The position numbers and the translations under genes are program-made. The notes below the pieces were generated by a model. That model did no database searches. It was not told where the DNA came from and saw nothing but the letters and a program-made list of their open reading frames with translations. 64,000 nt of DNA from Mobula hypostoma (taxonomy: Eukaryota), in the NCBI RefSeq assembly GCF_963921235.1, contig NC_086118.1:26538001-26602000 (forward strand), given 5' to 3'. This document shows positions 23,361-37,149 of the stretch, in pieces (position 1 is the first letter of the stretch; each line of letters opens with the position of its first letter).

Positions 23361-24914
23361 AGGAGCAACCTCAGACCTGACAAATAACAATAGTTTGTTA
23401 TATCAAAAGCAACTCTCACTTCTATAGAATCTTTCACAGGCAAAACATTCCAAGAACTTTGAGGAAAATAGAGCATTTGACAAAACTCTATTTGATTCCA
23501 GCTACAAGAGGAGATAGAGCAATGTAGAGGTTTTGCAAAATTCTGAGGCCGGTGGAAGGTTACGGTGAGAGGGGGATGCAGAAAGGGGAATAGTGGGGGG
23601 GGGGAGGAATTAGTTGGAATGGACAAATTTAAAGAATGGGTAGGTTACCTTTCAAACTTTAAATTATCAGGCTGAAAGAGTTCCTAGGATTTGCCCTCTA
23701 CAGAGCTTGGCTTCCTAGTTTATATTTACAAAACCACAAGAGTTTGTGAAAGCTGTTATTCTTTGGCAAGCAAATTATTCGTGCTATCCTGGAAACAATT
23801 CTAATGTCATCAGCACCCCAGTGGTCACTTGTGGCTTAGAGTGAATGGAATGAACTGCATGATAAATGTCACCAGCTAACTACTTGGATTCTCTGTTATT
23901 GTTATGGAAAACATTGCATTTTCCAGCTCTTCGCATTTTAAAAGGTTATCTTTTCTACCACTTTCTCCAACAGCTTCCAATAATGAAACCGATGGCACAC
24001 AATGCTATATTTAGATCATCAGGTTCTCACTGGGGGAAAAAATACCCTCCATTTCTCATCCATTGTAAATTTGAAGTTTCACTTGATCTTAAAGAGAGCT
24101 CCAAAACCAAAGACTTAATTCAAATTTATACTTTCATTTTCTGAAATTCGTTTGGTTATTTAAGATAAAGATTCAAACCTGGAAATGCAGATAAGGAAAT
24201 CTCCGCAAAGACCATCATCTGGAAAACAGAGATGTATATGTACAGTCTTTCATGAATATTCATGAGAAACCCCTACTGGTGCATTATTATCAGTAATAAC
24301 AACATACCAACTGATTATCACCAAGCAGTTCCCTTGTTTCCCCTATCCCTTGCAATTTCATTCCAGACTCCTGCAAACTGTCACCCCGTTCTCACCCAAT
24401 TAAATGGCAACTTGAAGTTCTTCTAACAGTACGTACATTTTTCAAGATAATGAGTTCACATCAAAAATATTAAGAGTTCCGCAAGATCAATTTTATGACA
24501 ATAGAACACTGGCAAAGGGACAATAGTGGGCCAAAGCAGGTAGGGTGTGAAATATCCTACTTCCACAAATTCAAAAATGCACAAAGCCAAGAAGAGACCT
24601 TCCACAGAGAATCACCTAGTCTTCATATTTCTTGTCACTAAGGAGAGTTCCATGACTCAAAAAGGGACCAACTCGAAAGAGGCTCCCTGTCCTGCTCTCA
24701 ATTTGCAGGGACCTCGCAGGTAGGTCTTTTTTAAGTAGGATTCAGGTGCTGGGAGGGTGTGCTTTGAAAGAAATGCCCTATGTTACCTGCAGATCATGCG
24801 TGCACAGTTCACAATTGCCAAACTGGCATTCGAGTAAGCAATATAACTGCACATGTCCTAACTTCTCAATGAAAGAAAGGCACCAACTTCCAACAAACAC
24901 CAAATCCCCAAGTC

Positions 24915-26055
24915 TCATGGAATCATATAGAGTATTAATACACTCATTTGACCCATCCAGTCCATGCCGACCCAATCTTCTGCCTAGACACACCTACATG
25001 CACCCGGACCATAGCCTTCCATACCTCTCCCATCCAATTACTTACGCAAACTTCTCTTAATTGTTACACCTGAACCCGCACTATTATTTGTATTATTTAC
25101 AGATACAGCATGGAACAGGCAATTCCAGCTCAAGGAGCCACACCACCCAGCAACCCACCTATTTAACACTGGCCTAATCACAGGGCAATTTACAATGACC
25201 AATTAACCTACTAACAGGCATGTCTTTAGTTCATGGGAAGAAACCAGAGCACCCGGAGGAAACCTGCATGGTTCACAGGGAGAACATGCAAACTCCTTAC
25301 AGACAGCACCGGAATTGAACTCCAAACTCAAATGTCCCGAGTTGTAATCGTGTCGCACTATCTGCACTACTACGGCACCCGAACGTGCATCTACCACTTC
25401 CGCTGGCAGCTGGTTCCATATTTGCAATACCCATTGACTAAAGAAGTTTCTCCTCAGATTCCCCTTGAATATTTCACCTTTCACCCTAAACCTATGACCT
25501 CCAGTTCCAGACTCACCCAACATGAGGGAAAAAGCCTCATGCTTTCATCCTATTCATCCCCCTCATGACTTTTATATTAAGGTGCTTGGAAGTAGGTACG
25601 GAGGAGATGTCGGGGTTAAGTTTTTTTATGCTTATAGTGGTGAGTGCATGGAATGGGCTGGCAGTGATGGTGGTAGAGGTGGATACGATAGGGTCTTTTA
25701 AGGGACTCCTGGATAGGTACATAGAGCATAGAAAAATAGAGGGCTATGGGTAACCCTTGGTAATTTCTAAAGTAAGTAAACGTTCAGCACAGCATTGTGG
25801 GCTGAAGGGCCTATATTGAGCTGTGGTTTTTCCTGTGTTTCAATAACACCTCTTCTTGTTCTCCTGTGTTCCAGGGAATAGAGTCCTAATCTATTCTGTT
25901 TTTCCCTATAACTCACGTCCTCAAGACCTAGCAATATCCGTGTAAATTTTCTTTGCACTCTTTCAAGCTTATTGCTATCTTTCCTGTAGTTAGGTGACCA
26001 GAACTGCACACAATATACTAAATTCGGCTCACCAACCTCTTGAACAACTTCAGCA
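24915..26055 (-). mobile_element. CR1 LINE with a nested SINE and a nested plus-strand CR1 3' end (about 25580-25838)
   Basis: YCVQFWSPNYRKD...LGLYSLEHRR and GHRFRVKGEIFKGNLRRNFFSQWV peptides. Confidence 0.8.
25085..25380 (-). mobile_element. tRNA-derived SINE
   Basis: B-box GAGTTCAATTCC on minus; body shared with the 26081, 28850 and 31750 copies. Confidence 0.75.
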
Positions 26056-26080
26056 TCTCTGCAAGTTGTGGCATGCTGTA

Positions 26081-26335
26081 AGGGGTGGCACAGGAGCACG
26101 GTGGTTGGCACAATGCTTCACAGTGCCAGTGACCCGGGTTCACTTCCCGCTGCTGCCTGCACACTCTCCCCATGACCGCATGGGATTCCTCCGGGTGCTC
26201 CAGTTTTCTCCCACATTCCAGAGACGTACCAGTCGGTGGGTTAATAGATCATTGTAAATTGTACCTCGATTAGGCTGGGGAGGTTGCTGGGCAGCACGGA
26301 CCTACTCTGCACTGTAACCAAATAACTAAATAAAC
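26081..26335 (+). mobile_element. tRNA-derived SINE
   Basis: A-box-like start, B-box GGGTTCACTTCC, A-rich tail. Confidence 0.75.
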
Positions 26336-27544
26336 TAATAAGGATTGATTTTTCTCTGGGAAACTAAATGGCAAAGGTGCAAAAATGCCTACATGACTTG
26401 ATTTCTAGGCATCAGCATGGTTAACATGCAATTCCGTATAATAGATACGAGACTCTGGAATAACTATCCATTAGAATTGACATGTTGTCATAATCCAGAC
26501 TTACTGCATATTGCAATAGGCTTATCATAAGGTAAAATCGACCACTGCTCTGATGGATGCAATGTAAGTGACAACATGATGCCATTTTTTCTGAAAATGT
26601 AGAGATTAGACATCATGAGGAATGCCAAAAGTAAGAGGTTTAGATTGTGTTTAATACATCCATGCTTCATATTTAATGCTTCAGCTATGATTGATAGGTA
26701 GCATAAAGAAAAGTTGCTCAACTGAGCAGTTTACCTTCAGTGCAATTCCATTAGTAAGTTCTCTAATGCCGTATTCTACTTACTTAAAGGCAAATTGTCT
26801 GTGGTCCAAAGGTCACCTGCAACTTCTAGGTCCACTGGGAGCCAGGTACTCAGCTCAGCAGTGAGCTCCACACCAAGGCAGTGCCTCTCCTAAAGCACGT
26901 GATCAACTGTGGGTCCTTCAAAGAGCTCTGAAGTTCCAACTCCAGCTCAACTAAGCTGCTGTTTAAACTCAACGTCTGCAAACACCATTTCTGTTTTCAA
27001 CCAACAAACTCTCAGAAGTTTTTTTTATTAAATCTGCAAAATATTTTTAAAAAGCACTTAAAAGTTTAAAGCATAATTCACGTGACGTGAGGAGAATAAA
27101 ATGAGCTGGGTAGGGTTAGTGTTAAAAATCCATGCATAATGCTCAATGTGGTAGGTTGGAGGACTGGTCTCAGTGCGGTACCTCTCACTGAAAACACCTA
27201 AAATGGGAAAAGCGCCACTTGCTTCTCATTCAGTAGCTGGTTTCTCCCATTATTTAAATTAATTCCTGGACTTGATCCAGGCTCTACAATTGGATTTGCA
27301 AACTTGAGAGTTGGGATAATTATGGACATTAAGGACATCACTGAGGACACTCACCATCTGCACCTATTTTCTTGCAGCAGTACCTCCAGGGACAAGGTAC
27401 AGGAGACTGAAGATGCACACTCAACAAATCGGAAACAGCTTCCTACCCTCTGCCATCAAATTTCTGAATGGTACATGAACACGACTTTGTTATTCCTTTA
27501 TTTTCCACTGTTTATTTTATTCTGTAATTTATAACAATCAAATA

Positions 27545-28840
27545 TGTCTTTGGATAGACCTCCATATCCCTACTATTCACGTACCCATCCAGACTTCTCT
27601 TAAACATTGGAAAATGAGCAGACTGAGGTCCTTTAACATCTGTCAGACGATGCTGAGGATGTTCTACGAGTCCGTGGTGGCCAGTGCGATCATGTTTGCT
27701 GTTGTGTGCTGGGGCAGCAGGCTGAGGGTAGCAGACACCAACAGAATCAACAAATTCATTCGTAAGGCCAGTGATGTTGTGGGGATGGAACTGGACTCTC
27801 TGACGGTGGTGTCTGAAAAGAGGATGCTGTCCAAGTTGCATGCCATCTTGGACAATGTCTCCCATCCACTACATAATGGACTGGGTGGGCACAGGAGTAC
27901 ATTCAGCCAGAGACTCATTCCACCGAGATGCAACACAGAGTGTCACAGGAAGTCATTCCTGCTTGTGCCCATCAAACTTTACAACTCCTCCCTTGGAGGG
28001 TCAGACACCCTGAGCCAACAGGCTGGTCCTGGACTTATTTCCTGGCGTAATTTACATATTACTATTTAATTATTTATGGCTTGATACTATTTAATTATTT
28101 ATGGTGCAACTGTAACGAAAACCAATTTCCCCCGGGATCAATAAAGTATGACTATGACTAATCGAGCTCGCATGCACCACTTGTACTAGCAGCTCATTCC
28201 ACACACTCACTACCCCCTGAGCGAAGAAGTATCCTCTCACGTTTCCCTTAAGCTTCTCATCTTTCACTCTTAACCCATGGCCTCTGGTTGTAGTCCCACA
28301 ACCTCAGTGGAAAAAGGCCCGCTTGCATTTACCCAATCTACACCCTTCATAATTTTGTAAGCCTCTATCAAATCTCCTCTCAATCTTCTACATTCTAAAG
28401 AATACAGTCCTAACCTATTTAATCTTTCCCTAAAATTCAGGTCCTCCAGACCCGGCAACATGCTTGTAAATTTTCTCTCTACTCTTTCAACCTTGTTTAC
28501 ATCTTTCCTGTAGGTAGGTGACCAAAGTTGCACACAGTACTCCAAAGTAGGCCTCACTTACTTCTTATCCAACTTCAACAAAACATTCTACCTTCTGTAC
28601 TCATACAACTATTTATGGTCCAATGTGCTAAAAGCTTTCTTTAAGACCCTATCTACCTGTGATGGCACTTTCAATGAACTATAGACCTGTACTCCCTGAT
28701 CCCTTTGTTCTACCATACTCTACAGTACCGCACCATTCACTGTGTAAGACCTACTTCGGTTGGTTCTACTGAAGTGCAAAGCCTTATACCTGTCTGCATG
28801 AAATTCCATTTGCCATTTTTCAGTCCATTTTTCCAGCTAC
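27545..28840 (-). mobile_element. CR1 LINE split by a Rex1/Babar insertion
   Basis: RPTLEYCVQLWSPTYRKDVNKVERV...; the 3' end resumes at 27545-27612. Confidence 0.85.
27614..28160 (+). mobile_element. Rex1/Babar LINE 3' end
   Basis: RLRSFNICQTMLRMFYESVVASAIMFAVVCWG...HPLH; AATAAA followed by a (ATGACT)n tail. Confidence 0.9.
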
Positions 28841-28849
28841 GAAGTTGTG

Positions 28850-29082
28850 CCACCTAGCACCTACAGACTTAATGCTAGCCTAAACAGAGACAATCACCAA
28901 TTAGCCTACTAACCAATATACCTTTGGACTGTGGGAGGAAACCAGAGCACCCAGAGGAAACCCTCGCATACACAGGAAGAACATACAAACTTTCCTACAG
29001 AAGATGCCGGAGCTGAAGGCCAAATTCCAAAGCGCTGAGCTATAATAGTGTCACATTAACCGCTACACTACCATGGCACCCC
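28850..29082 (-). mobile_element. tRNA-derived SINE
   Basis: Body similar to 25085-25380. Confidence 0.65.
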
Positions 29083-30597
29083 CATGGTATTTATTGGCAA
29101 AAGTTATAGCCAATAAATAACAAATATTTATTGGCAAAAATTATAGTCTCTTAAATCCACCTTGCAGTAAGTCTGGTTAGGAGCTATGTGACATATAGCA
29201 AAGATAAAGGGATCATCCGTCCAGGGTTTGCCAGTTTGAATCTAAGTTACCAGCAAATTGAAATCAGAGAATTGACAAAAGGTAAGCCTGCACTTTTTCT
29301 GGTGTATCAGCAGTAATTTGGGCAGCTTGACACTGGCAGCAGGCTCTGAAAATATGTATCAGGTGAAAGCCATTCATTGGAACTCGCATCTCCCCAAAAC
29401 ATTGGCCCTAACGGCGTTGGCAGTGGTCAGTGATTTCAAAAGGGAATCACTAGCATTCAAGCCACTCACACCAATGTTCTGGACTGGTCCAACTATGTAT
29501 TGGGACATGCAGCAGTACATCTGTCTCTTGGTTCCATGCAGAGCTCAATATTACTAGGATCACCCAGGGGAAAGCTACAATACAGTATTGCCACCATTCC
29601 ACACCAAGATGTGGCAGAGGATCAGAAACCTCATACATTTCAATCGGGTTTCTTGGCTTCAGGAATGGAATAGGCAACTGAGTTTTTATTTACAAACGTA
29701 AAAACATAAATCAACAAAAAGTCAGTAAAATGTTTGGATTTAATTAAACAGTTATATTAATATATTGATGCATATTATATATTAATAAAGTTTAAAACTT
29801 CTCTGAAAAGATTTACAGTTTAGATAGTGATCAAAGTTTATCAGGGCGTTTAAGGATGGGTGGGGACTCATGCATTGCCTGAAGCCAGTTTCCTAATGAT
29901 GCCTTGTTAAGTGCTCCCAGGATCCAGAGGCCCATCAAGACTTAAATTTAGATGCACCCTCGTGGAAAATTACAGGCTGCAGTCTAGTCCAGCAAGATCC
30001 AGTTCACTAATCCACTTTCTCACTCCACAGATGCTGCCTGCCTTGCTGAACATTTTCTGTTTTTCTTCATATTTCCAGTATCTGTAGGCTTCTGTTTTTG
30101 AAATCAAAATTTATGACATTGAACACTTCAAACATAAACAGAGTGGAAAACTGAGAAAATTTTGTTTCTCTTGAGCAAAACCCTGGCATGGCTACAGCTA
30201 GAAAATTGGAGACTACACCTCCTGATGGTAATTCGGGGACTTTATTAGCATTATACCAGAGAAAAAAAGGTTAAATTTTTACATTAGAAGCCATCAATTT
30301 GCCTTGAATTCTCTAAATGTGTGAGGGGCAGTGGTGGGGGGAGGGGGAGGATGTAATATCCAAATGAAATATTTAAAACGATTCAGGACTGAGTGGTTAT
30401 TCCGAAAGTATTTTGTCTGAAAGTGAAATCCAGAAGAAAATACATAATTAGAATGTCAGATTTTAACTACTTAAGTGGAAAACAGGAAGCACCCAACCTC
30501 TAAAAGGGCAAGCAATGTGAAATTCACTCTAACGAAAGCCCTTGAATGATGATTAACTGGAAATTTCAAGGCTTTTTTCAAAAATTTCAAAATTTTC

Positions 30598-31120
30598 AAG
30601 TTTTGGTCACCAAATTACAGGAAGGATATTAATAAGGTTGAAAGAGTGCAGAGAAGGTTTACTAGGATGTTGCCGGGACTTGAGAAACTGAGTTACAGAG
30701 AAAGGTTGAATAGGTTAGGACTTTATTCCCTGGAGCGTAGAAGAATGAGGGGAGATTTGATAGAGGTATATAAAATTATGATGGGTGTAGATAGAGTGAA
30801 TACAAGCAGGCTTTTTCCACTGAGGCTAGGGAGAAAAAAACCAGAGGACATGGGTTAAGGGTGAAGGGGGAAAAGTTTAAAGGGAACATTAGGGGGGGCT
30901 TCTTCACACAGAGAATGGTGGGAGTGTGGAATGAGCTGCCAGATGAAGTGGTAAATTAGGGCTCACTTTTAACATTTAAGAAAAACTTGGACTGGTACAT
31001 GGATGAGAGGTGTATGGAGGGATATGGTCCAGGTGCAGGTCTAGGCAGAAACATGGTTCCGCACAGCCAAGAAGGGCCAAAAGGCCTGTTTCTGTGCTGT
31101 AACGTTCTATCGTTCTATGG
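30598..31120 (+). mobile_element. CR1 LINE 3' end
   Basis: QRRFTRMLPGLEKLSYRERLNRLGLYSLERRRMRGDLIEVYKIM; gttctat tail. Confidence 0.92.
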
Positions 31121-31749
31121 CTAGGCTTCATTTAGATAAGGGTAACAAGGGAGGTGGAACTTGTGCAAATAAATTGAGTTCAATTACAGATGAACCTTTC
31201 CATCTTGGCGCCATACAGGTGGCAGTAAAATGGATTTCTGCATAATCTGCAGAGTACAATGCAACAATCCATCTGAGATCACACATGGCAGCACAGGGAC
31301 TTTCTTTGTGCTATGGCCAATTCTCAGTTCCACTGCATGGTGATCCGGCCACTCCCACATTCATGGTAAGGACAGAAAGTTCTGCTTCCACAAATAGATG
31401 CTAATTGCTCTCAAACTGGCAGCCGTGCTCTGGCTTGCCTCGGGCTCTGTGTACTGGAGCGATTAAAGCAAACTGCTGAGGATCTCAGCGGGGAGGCAAC
31501 ATTCCTGGAGTCAACATTTTGGAAGCCGCTGCATTCCTCCAGCAGGTTGTTTTTTGCTCCAGATTCAAACATCTGCAGTTTTGTGTCTCACACTGTATAC
31601 CAAAATTCCTTCCCTTAAACCCTCCACCACAATATTCTTTTTCTCCCTTTTTAAGATACTCTTCAAAACCTTCCACTTTGAACAAGATATTTTTCACCTG
31701 CCCCAATACCTCCTCGTGTAGCTCAGTGATAAATTGTGATCATGATAAT

Positions 31750-32020
31750 GGGGTGACACAGTAGTGTAGTGGTTAGACAACGGTTTACAGTACAGGTGAC
31801 CCGGGTTCAATTCCCACAGCTGCTGGTAAGGAGTTTGTACATTCTCCCCATGACCGTGTGGGCTTCTTTCCATAATCCAAAGACGTACCAGTAGGTAGTT
31901 TAATTGGTCATTGTAAACTGTGCCATTAGGTGTGGATTAAAATCGGGGGATTGCTGACGTCATGGGTTGAAGAGCTGAAAGGGCCTATTCTGCGCTATAT
32001 CTCAAGAAAGAAAGAAAGAC
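31750..32020 (+). mobile_element. tRNA-derived SINE inserted in an old L2-like 3' end
   Basis: GTGTAGTGG A-box, GGGTTCAATTCC B-box, (GAAA)n tail. Confidence 0.75.
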
Positions 32021-32139
32021 TTGCCTTGTGAGATACTCTACTACGTGAAAGGTGTCAAATAAATATGTACCATGGCTGAGTACAGAGCACAGAGGCATAA
32101 TGATTGGCAAAATACTATTACAGTGCCAGTGATCACTGC

Positions 32140-33155
32140 TCCGTGCGGGGACCCCAGTTGTTTACAATATATATTAATGACTTAGACGAGGGAATTAAAT
32201 GCAGCATCTCCAAGTTTCCGGATGACACGAAACTGGGCGGCAGTGTTAGCTGTGAGGAGGATGCTAAGAGGATGCAGGGTGACTTGGATAGGTTAGGTGA
32301 GTGGGCAAATTCATGGCAGATGCAATTTAATGTGGATAAATAAATGTGAAGTTATCCACTTTGGTGGCAAAAACAGGAAAACAGATTATTATCTGAATGG
32401 TGGCCGATTAGGAAAAGGGGAGGTGCAATGAGACCTGGGTGTCATTATACACCAGTCATTGAAAGTGGGCATGCAGGTACAGCAGGCGGTGAAAAAGGCG
32501 AATGGTATGCTGGCATTCATAGCAAGAGGATTCAAGTACAGGAGCAGGGAGGTACTACTGCAGTTGTACAAGGCCTTGGTGAGACCACACCTGGAGTATT
32601 GTGTGCAGTTTTGGTCCCCTAATCTAAGGAAAGACATTCTTGCCATAGAGGGAGTACAAAGAAGGTTCACCAGATTGATTCCTGGGATGGCAGGACTTTC
32701 ATATGATGAAAGACTGGATCGACTCGGCTTATACTCGTTGGAATTTAGAAGATTGAGGGGGGATCTGATTGAAACGTATAAAATCCTAAAGGGATTGGAC
32801 AGGCTAGATGCAGGAAGATTGTTCCCAATGTTGGGGAAGTCCAGAACAAGAGGTCACAGTTTGAGGATAAAGGGGAAGCCTTTTAGAATCGAGATTAGGA
32901 AAAACTTCTTCACAGAGAGAGTGGTGAATCTGTGGAATTCTCTGCCACAGGAAACAGTTGAGGCCAGTTCATTGGCTATATTTAAGAGGGAGTCAGATAT
33001 GGCCCTTGTGGCTAAAGGGATCAGGGGGGATGGAGGGAAGGCTGGTACAGGGTTCTGAGTTGGATGATCAGCCATGATCATACTGAATGGCGGTGAAGGC
33101 TCGAAGGGCCGAATGGCCTACTCCTGCACCTATTTTCTATGTTTCTATGTTTCTA
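32140..33155 (+). mobile_element. Young CR1 LINE, 5'-truncated, inserted in a SINE head
   Basis: GPQLFTIYINDL..KFPDDTKLGG and a 199-aa C-terminal ORF (32459-33058); (TTTCTATG)n tail; the SINE B-box resumes at about 33165. Confidence 0.93.
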
Positions 33156-34429
33156 TCAGAGAACAGGTTCAACTCCCGCTACTGTCTATAAGGAGTTTGC
33201 ACGCTCTCCTCAAGGCTGCATGGTTTCCTCCAGATGCCCCTGCATTTCAACATGTACAGGGTTAGCAAGTTGTGAGCAATGCTATGTTGGTGCTGGAAGC
33301 ATGCAAGCTCATAGTTGTTAAAAACAAGCAGTGACTTTGGAGTACCTTGATGAAAGGATGGGAGTTTTAAAATGGTAGTGGGTAGTTAGAGAGTGGTAGA
33401 AGGAATGAAGGTTCACACTGTGACTTCAATGTCCTTTGATATCAAAAAGCTACTTTTCCTTATTTACCCCGTGATTCTTTGGGGCACTCTTCTATTCTTA
33501 TGGACATCTGTGAAGAACAAAAATTTCAGGATGTATAATGTATCACTTCTCTGATATTAAACAAAACTCTTGAACTATTGAACTTCTGGCATTTTCACGC
33601 CAATACTAAAAAACAGAAAGGTGAAGATGGTGAAAACTGATATTTAAAAAAGAAATAAAGAACTGCTTGGAGGGTCAGGCAGCAACTGTAGAGAAGAACA
33701 GAGGAAAAGTAATAAAACAAATCTATTTTAAACTTCAAAGAACAAGGGACAGGGACAACAAAAGGGATGTCTGTGATAGGGTGGGGCCCAAGAGAATCTG
33801 AATAACAAAACTGTGATGGTGCCAGGCATGAAGTTGAGAGAGGGGGCAAAAGCCTCTCAATTGCAGTGATCTAAATGGAGATGGGCAATAAATGCGATCG
33901 AAAGGAGAAATTAAAACAAAGCTGAATTCACACTTCAGTTCTGGAAGCCTGAAATAAAACTGAACTTGCTAAGCGGGTCAGGAAGCATTGATGGGGAGAG
34001 AAAGACAAAGTTAACATTACAAATTGATGGCCTTTCACCAAAACTAGTTAGTTCTGATACAAACTGGAAAGACTGGTTATCTGACATTGTTGATTCATTA
34101 TTTCATAACAAGAAGCCAGGCAGTGGTATGAATGAAATGAGGAATTAAAGTGACAACTGAAAAATCTGAGCCAGCCTTACAAACTGAAGAGTTAATTTCT
34201 CCTTCCCTGCCTCCAACTCAGAGGGGAAGGCTGGTGTCAATTCTATTACAAGAACACAGGCTTCCACAGCTACATAATCTGCCTTCCCTTCCCCTGGTTT
34301 CCCCAGCTTCACTGTATCATTTCACATGATGATAACTTCTATGTTACTGCCATTGAGAGGTCTTCCTTTTCCCCTCATACGCAGTTTCCCTAAATGATAA
34401 TTTTTGGGGTTCTCAAACACATCCACTGT

Positions 34430-35020
34430 GAATAAACTCTTCTCAAGCTCCCAGTCAGATACAGGTATGGATGTTTTGATGGCAGACTCTGCCATCTTCA
34501 TCAGGGATGATGCCTGGGCACGTCTGGTCCAGTGGTACTTATAACCCCATTGTCCCTCTCTTCTGATTGGTTAGCCCCCATCCAATCAGGTTTCCACTGC
34601 CCCACCTTGTTTACAATCAAACTCCAGTTCTTGCTTAGAGCAAGACCTCTTGTCTTTGTTAAAATTCTTTCACTCTTTTCGAGAACATTGCATTTGCAAT
34701 GGCCATAGGATTGACTTCAACAACACAAGACTACTGTGCCACACCAAAGTGTCTTGGGTCTGCCCAGGGAATGAAGCCATTGAAATAAAACTAGAAGAAA
34801 AGTTTTAACAAAGACAAAGGTCTCACCCTAAGTAACTAACCAATCAGGAGGGATGGATGATGGTGGTATATATACCACCGGACGAGACACGCACAGGCAT
34901 TATCCCTGATAAAGACGACCGAGTTTGTCATTGAAGCATCAGTTAAAATTGATATCTGTACTGGGCTGGAAGCCCAAGAAGAGTTTAGTTGTCATATACG
35001 CCAGGAAAGCACTAGATCCG
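34430..35020 (+). mobile_element. Second-family (Poseidon-like) Penelope element with inverted pLTR
   Basis: GIY-YIG C-terminus EHCICNGHRIDFNNTRLL...EAIEIKLEEK/FNKDKGLTLS at 34683-34833. 34430-34670 is an inverted copy of about 34795-34990. Confidence 0.85.
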
Positions 35021-36286
35021 TTTTCACATCTATGTATTTCCCATCCATCTGCTTTGCTCCCTTTCTCATTGCCTACAGTCAGTTCCTTGGCCTTGCTGAC
35101 GTTGAGTGTGAGGTTGTTATTGCAACACTACTGCTGTTATCATCAGTCACTCCTCTTGCACTGATACCTTCCCACGTAGCCACACTTGCATCACATCAGG
35201 ATCATTTCCTTTCGTACTTCTCCGTATCCCTACAAATTATTCCCTATACCACATTCCCATCAACATATAGAAAGGACTAATTTATAGTATGCAATTAACA
35301 TATGAGCACACCTTTGCAACGCAAAAGTAAACTACCGTATTGGAAGTAACCCATGCAGAATTTCCTTCTATGATGGGTTTCAAGCAACTGCATCAGGTTC
35401 TAGCATTCACCTCTTTGCATCTCTTCCAAGCATGTCAGCTGTAAATCAATTATCTTCATCATGAGTCTCCCCGAGCCTGCACTTGCTCTGCCCCTTAAAA
35501 GCATGTTTGATTTCCTTCCTAGTTCTGATGAAACATCATCAGCCTGAGACATTCTCTCCAGGGAAGCTGCTTGACCTGCTGAGTATTTTTTTTGCATTTC
35601 AACGTGCTCATAGATGCTTTCTGTCATCTCCAATGTTGCAGTCAAAATCATAATTGCACTGATTTGTAATACAGTGAAATTATTACTGGCATTAGCTAAG
35701 GGCATGTTTTTAACTCTGTTGATCAGACTGTGGAACTTTCAGGAGTGCTGACATTGATTTAATGTCGTTCAATTTGAAACACCTCAACACAGTAGTTAAA
35801 AGACTCTGCAATTAGGAGATACGGGTATTTATTACAGCAACTTACACGATCCCTTATTTCTCAAATCCAATTATGGAGCTACTAAACTGTTCATAATAGA
35901 AACAGAATTAGATGTATGCAAGGGCCAGCAGAAAAGAGAAGCTACGGAAGGTATCACAATATTTTGACAGCAAATAGATTAATTTACTTGATGAAAATGT
36001 CAACTTAAAACATCAACTCTCCTACGTAGCCTAATCTGCTGAACACTTCAAGCATCCTCTGGTATGTTTTTCCTCTTATGCGGATATATTCAGTGGGAAA
36101 GAATAATCTGGCTCCAAATATGTCAGTAAGCAATAGTCATTTTTTTTTCATTTTAAACCAGAGTATTTATAAAATCCACAGCATTCATATTTAACAATGG
36201 CAGCTGATATATTAAGGATGCCATTGATAGCTTAATTGTCAAAATCTAATGAAGTATAATTAGTGAAAAGAACTACGTTAGTGTCA

Positions 36287-36682
36287 TGCAACACACATCA
36301 AAGTTGCTGGTGAACGCAGCAGGCCAGGCAGCATCTCTAGGAAGAGGTACAGTCGATGTTTCAGGCCGAGACCCTTCGTCAGGACTAACTGAAGGAAGAG
36401 CTAGTAAGAGATTTGAAAGTGGGAGGGGGAGGGGGAGATCCAAAATGATAGGAGAAGACAGGAGGGGGAGGGATGGAGCCAAGAGCTGGACAGGTGATTG
36501 GCAAAAGGGATACAAGAGGATCATGGGACAGGAGGTCCGGGAAGAAAGACAAGGGGGGGGGAACCCAGAGGATGGGCAAGGGGTATATTCAGAGGGACAG
36601 AGGGAGAAAAAGGAGAGTGAGAGAAAGAACGTGTGTATAAAAATAAAAGATGGGGTACAAGGGGGAGGTGGGGCATTAGCAT
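36287..36682 (-). mobile_element. Penelope pLTR with hammerhead motif
   Basis: Minus strand tagtc-CTGACGA-AGGGTCTCGGCCT-GAAA-CATC-gactg; purine-rich body like 13983-14365. Confidence 0.85.
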
Positions 36683-37149
36683 CTGTTACACTACAGCTGA
36701 GCAAAACTCCTTTCTCCCCACCACTACAATTACCTCACCCATCACATCCCAACCTCACTCTGCTACTTGCCCTCTGGCTCTAAATTTTGTGACAGAATTG
36801 GGAGATCGTGAATCCCACAATGCAGCAAAAGGGAAAAGTGAGATTTCCCTGGGCAAACAATGAAGGCTATGTACAAACAGACTGAAATAAATACCTTTTC
36901 AGTTATTGGAGCAGTTGTCACAATGAAGAGAATTAAGCAGCAAAGACAAGTCTATTCTCTTAAATGAATGAAGTCCCTGAGAAAAATTAATCTGATTATA
37001 AAATATTAATTAAAAATTCTAACAATCAGGAGTTTAAGCCATTAGTAAAATAAGGCAGATGTTGGACATGAGCATTTCTGGCACTTGCTCAAATGTCACA
37101 ACAGGTCAAGCAGCATCTGTGGAAAGAAAAGCCATATTAGTGATTCAGT

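Noticed and set aside
31750..31820. tRNA gene (also 26081 and 45780)
   Set aside because: A/B boxes are SINE heads followed by SINE bodies; no cloverleaf
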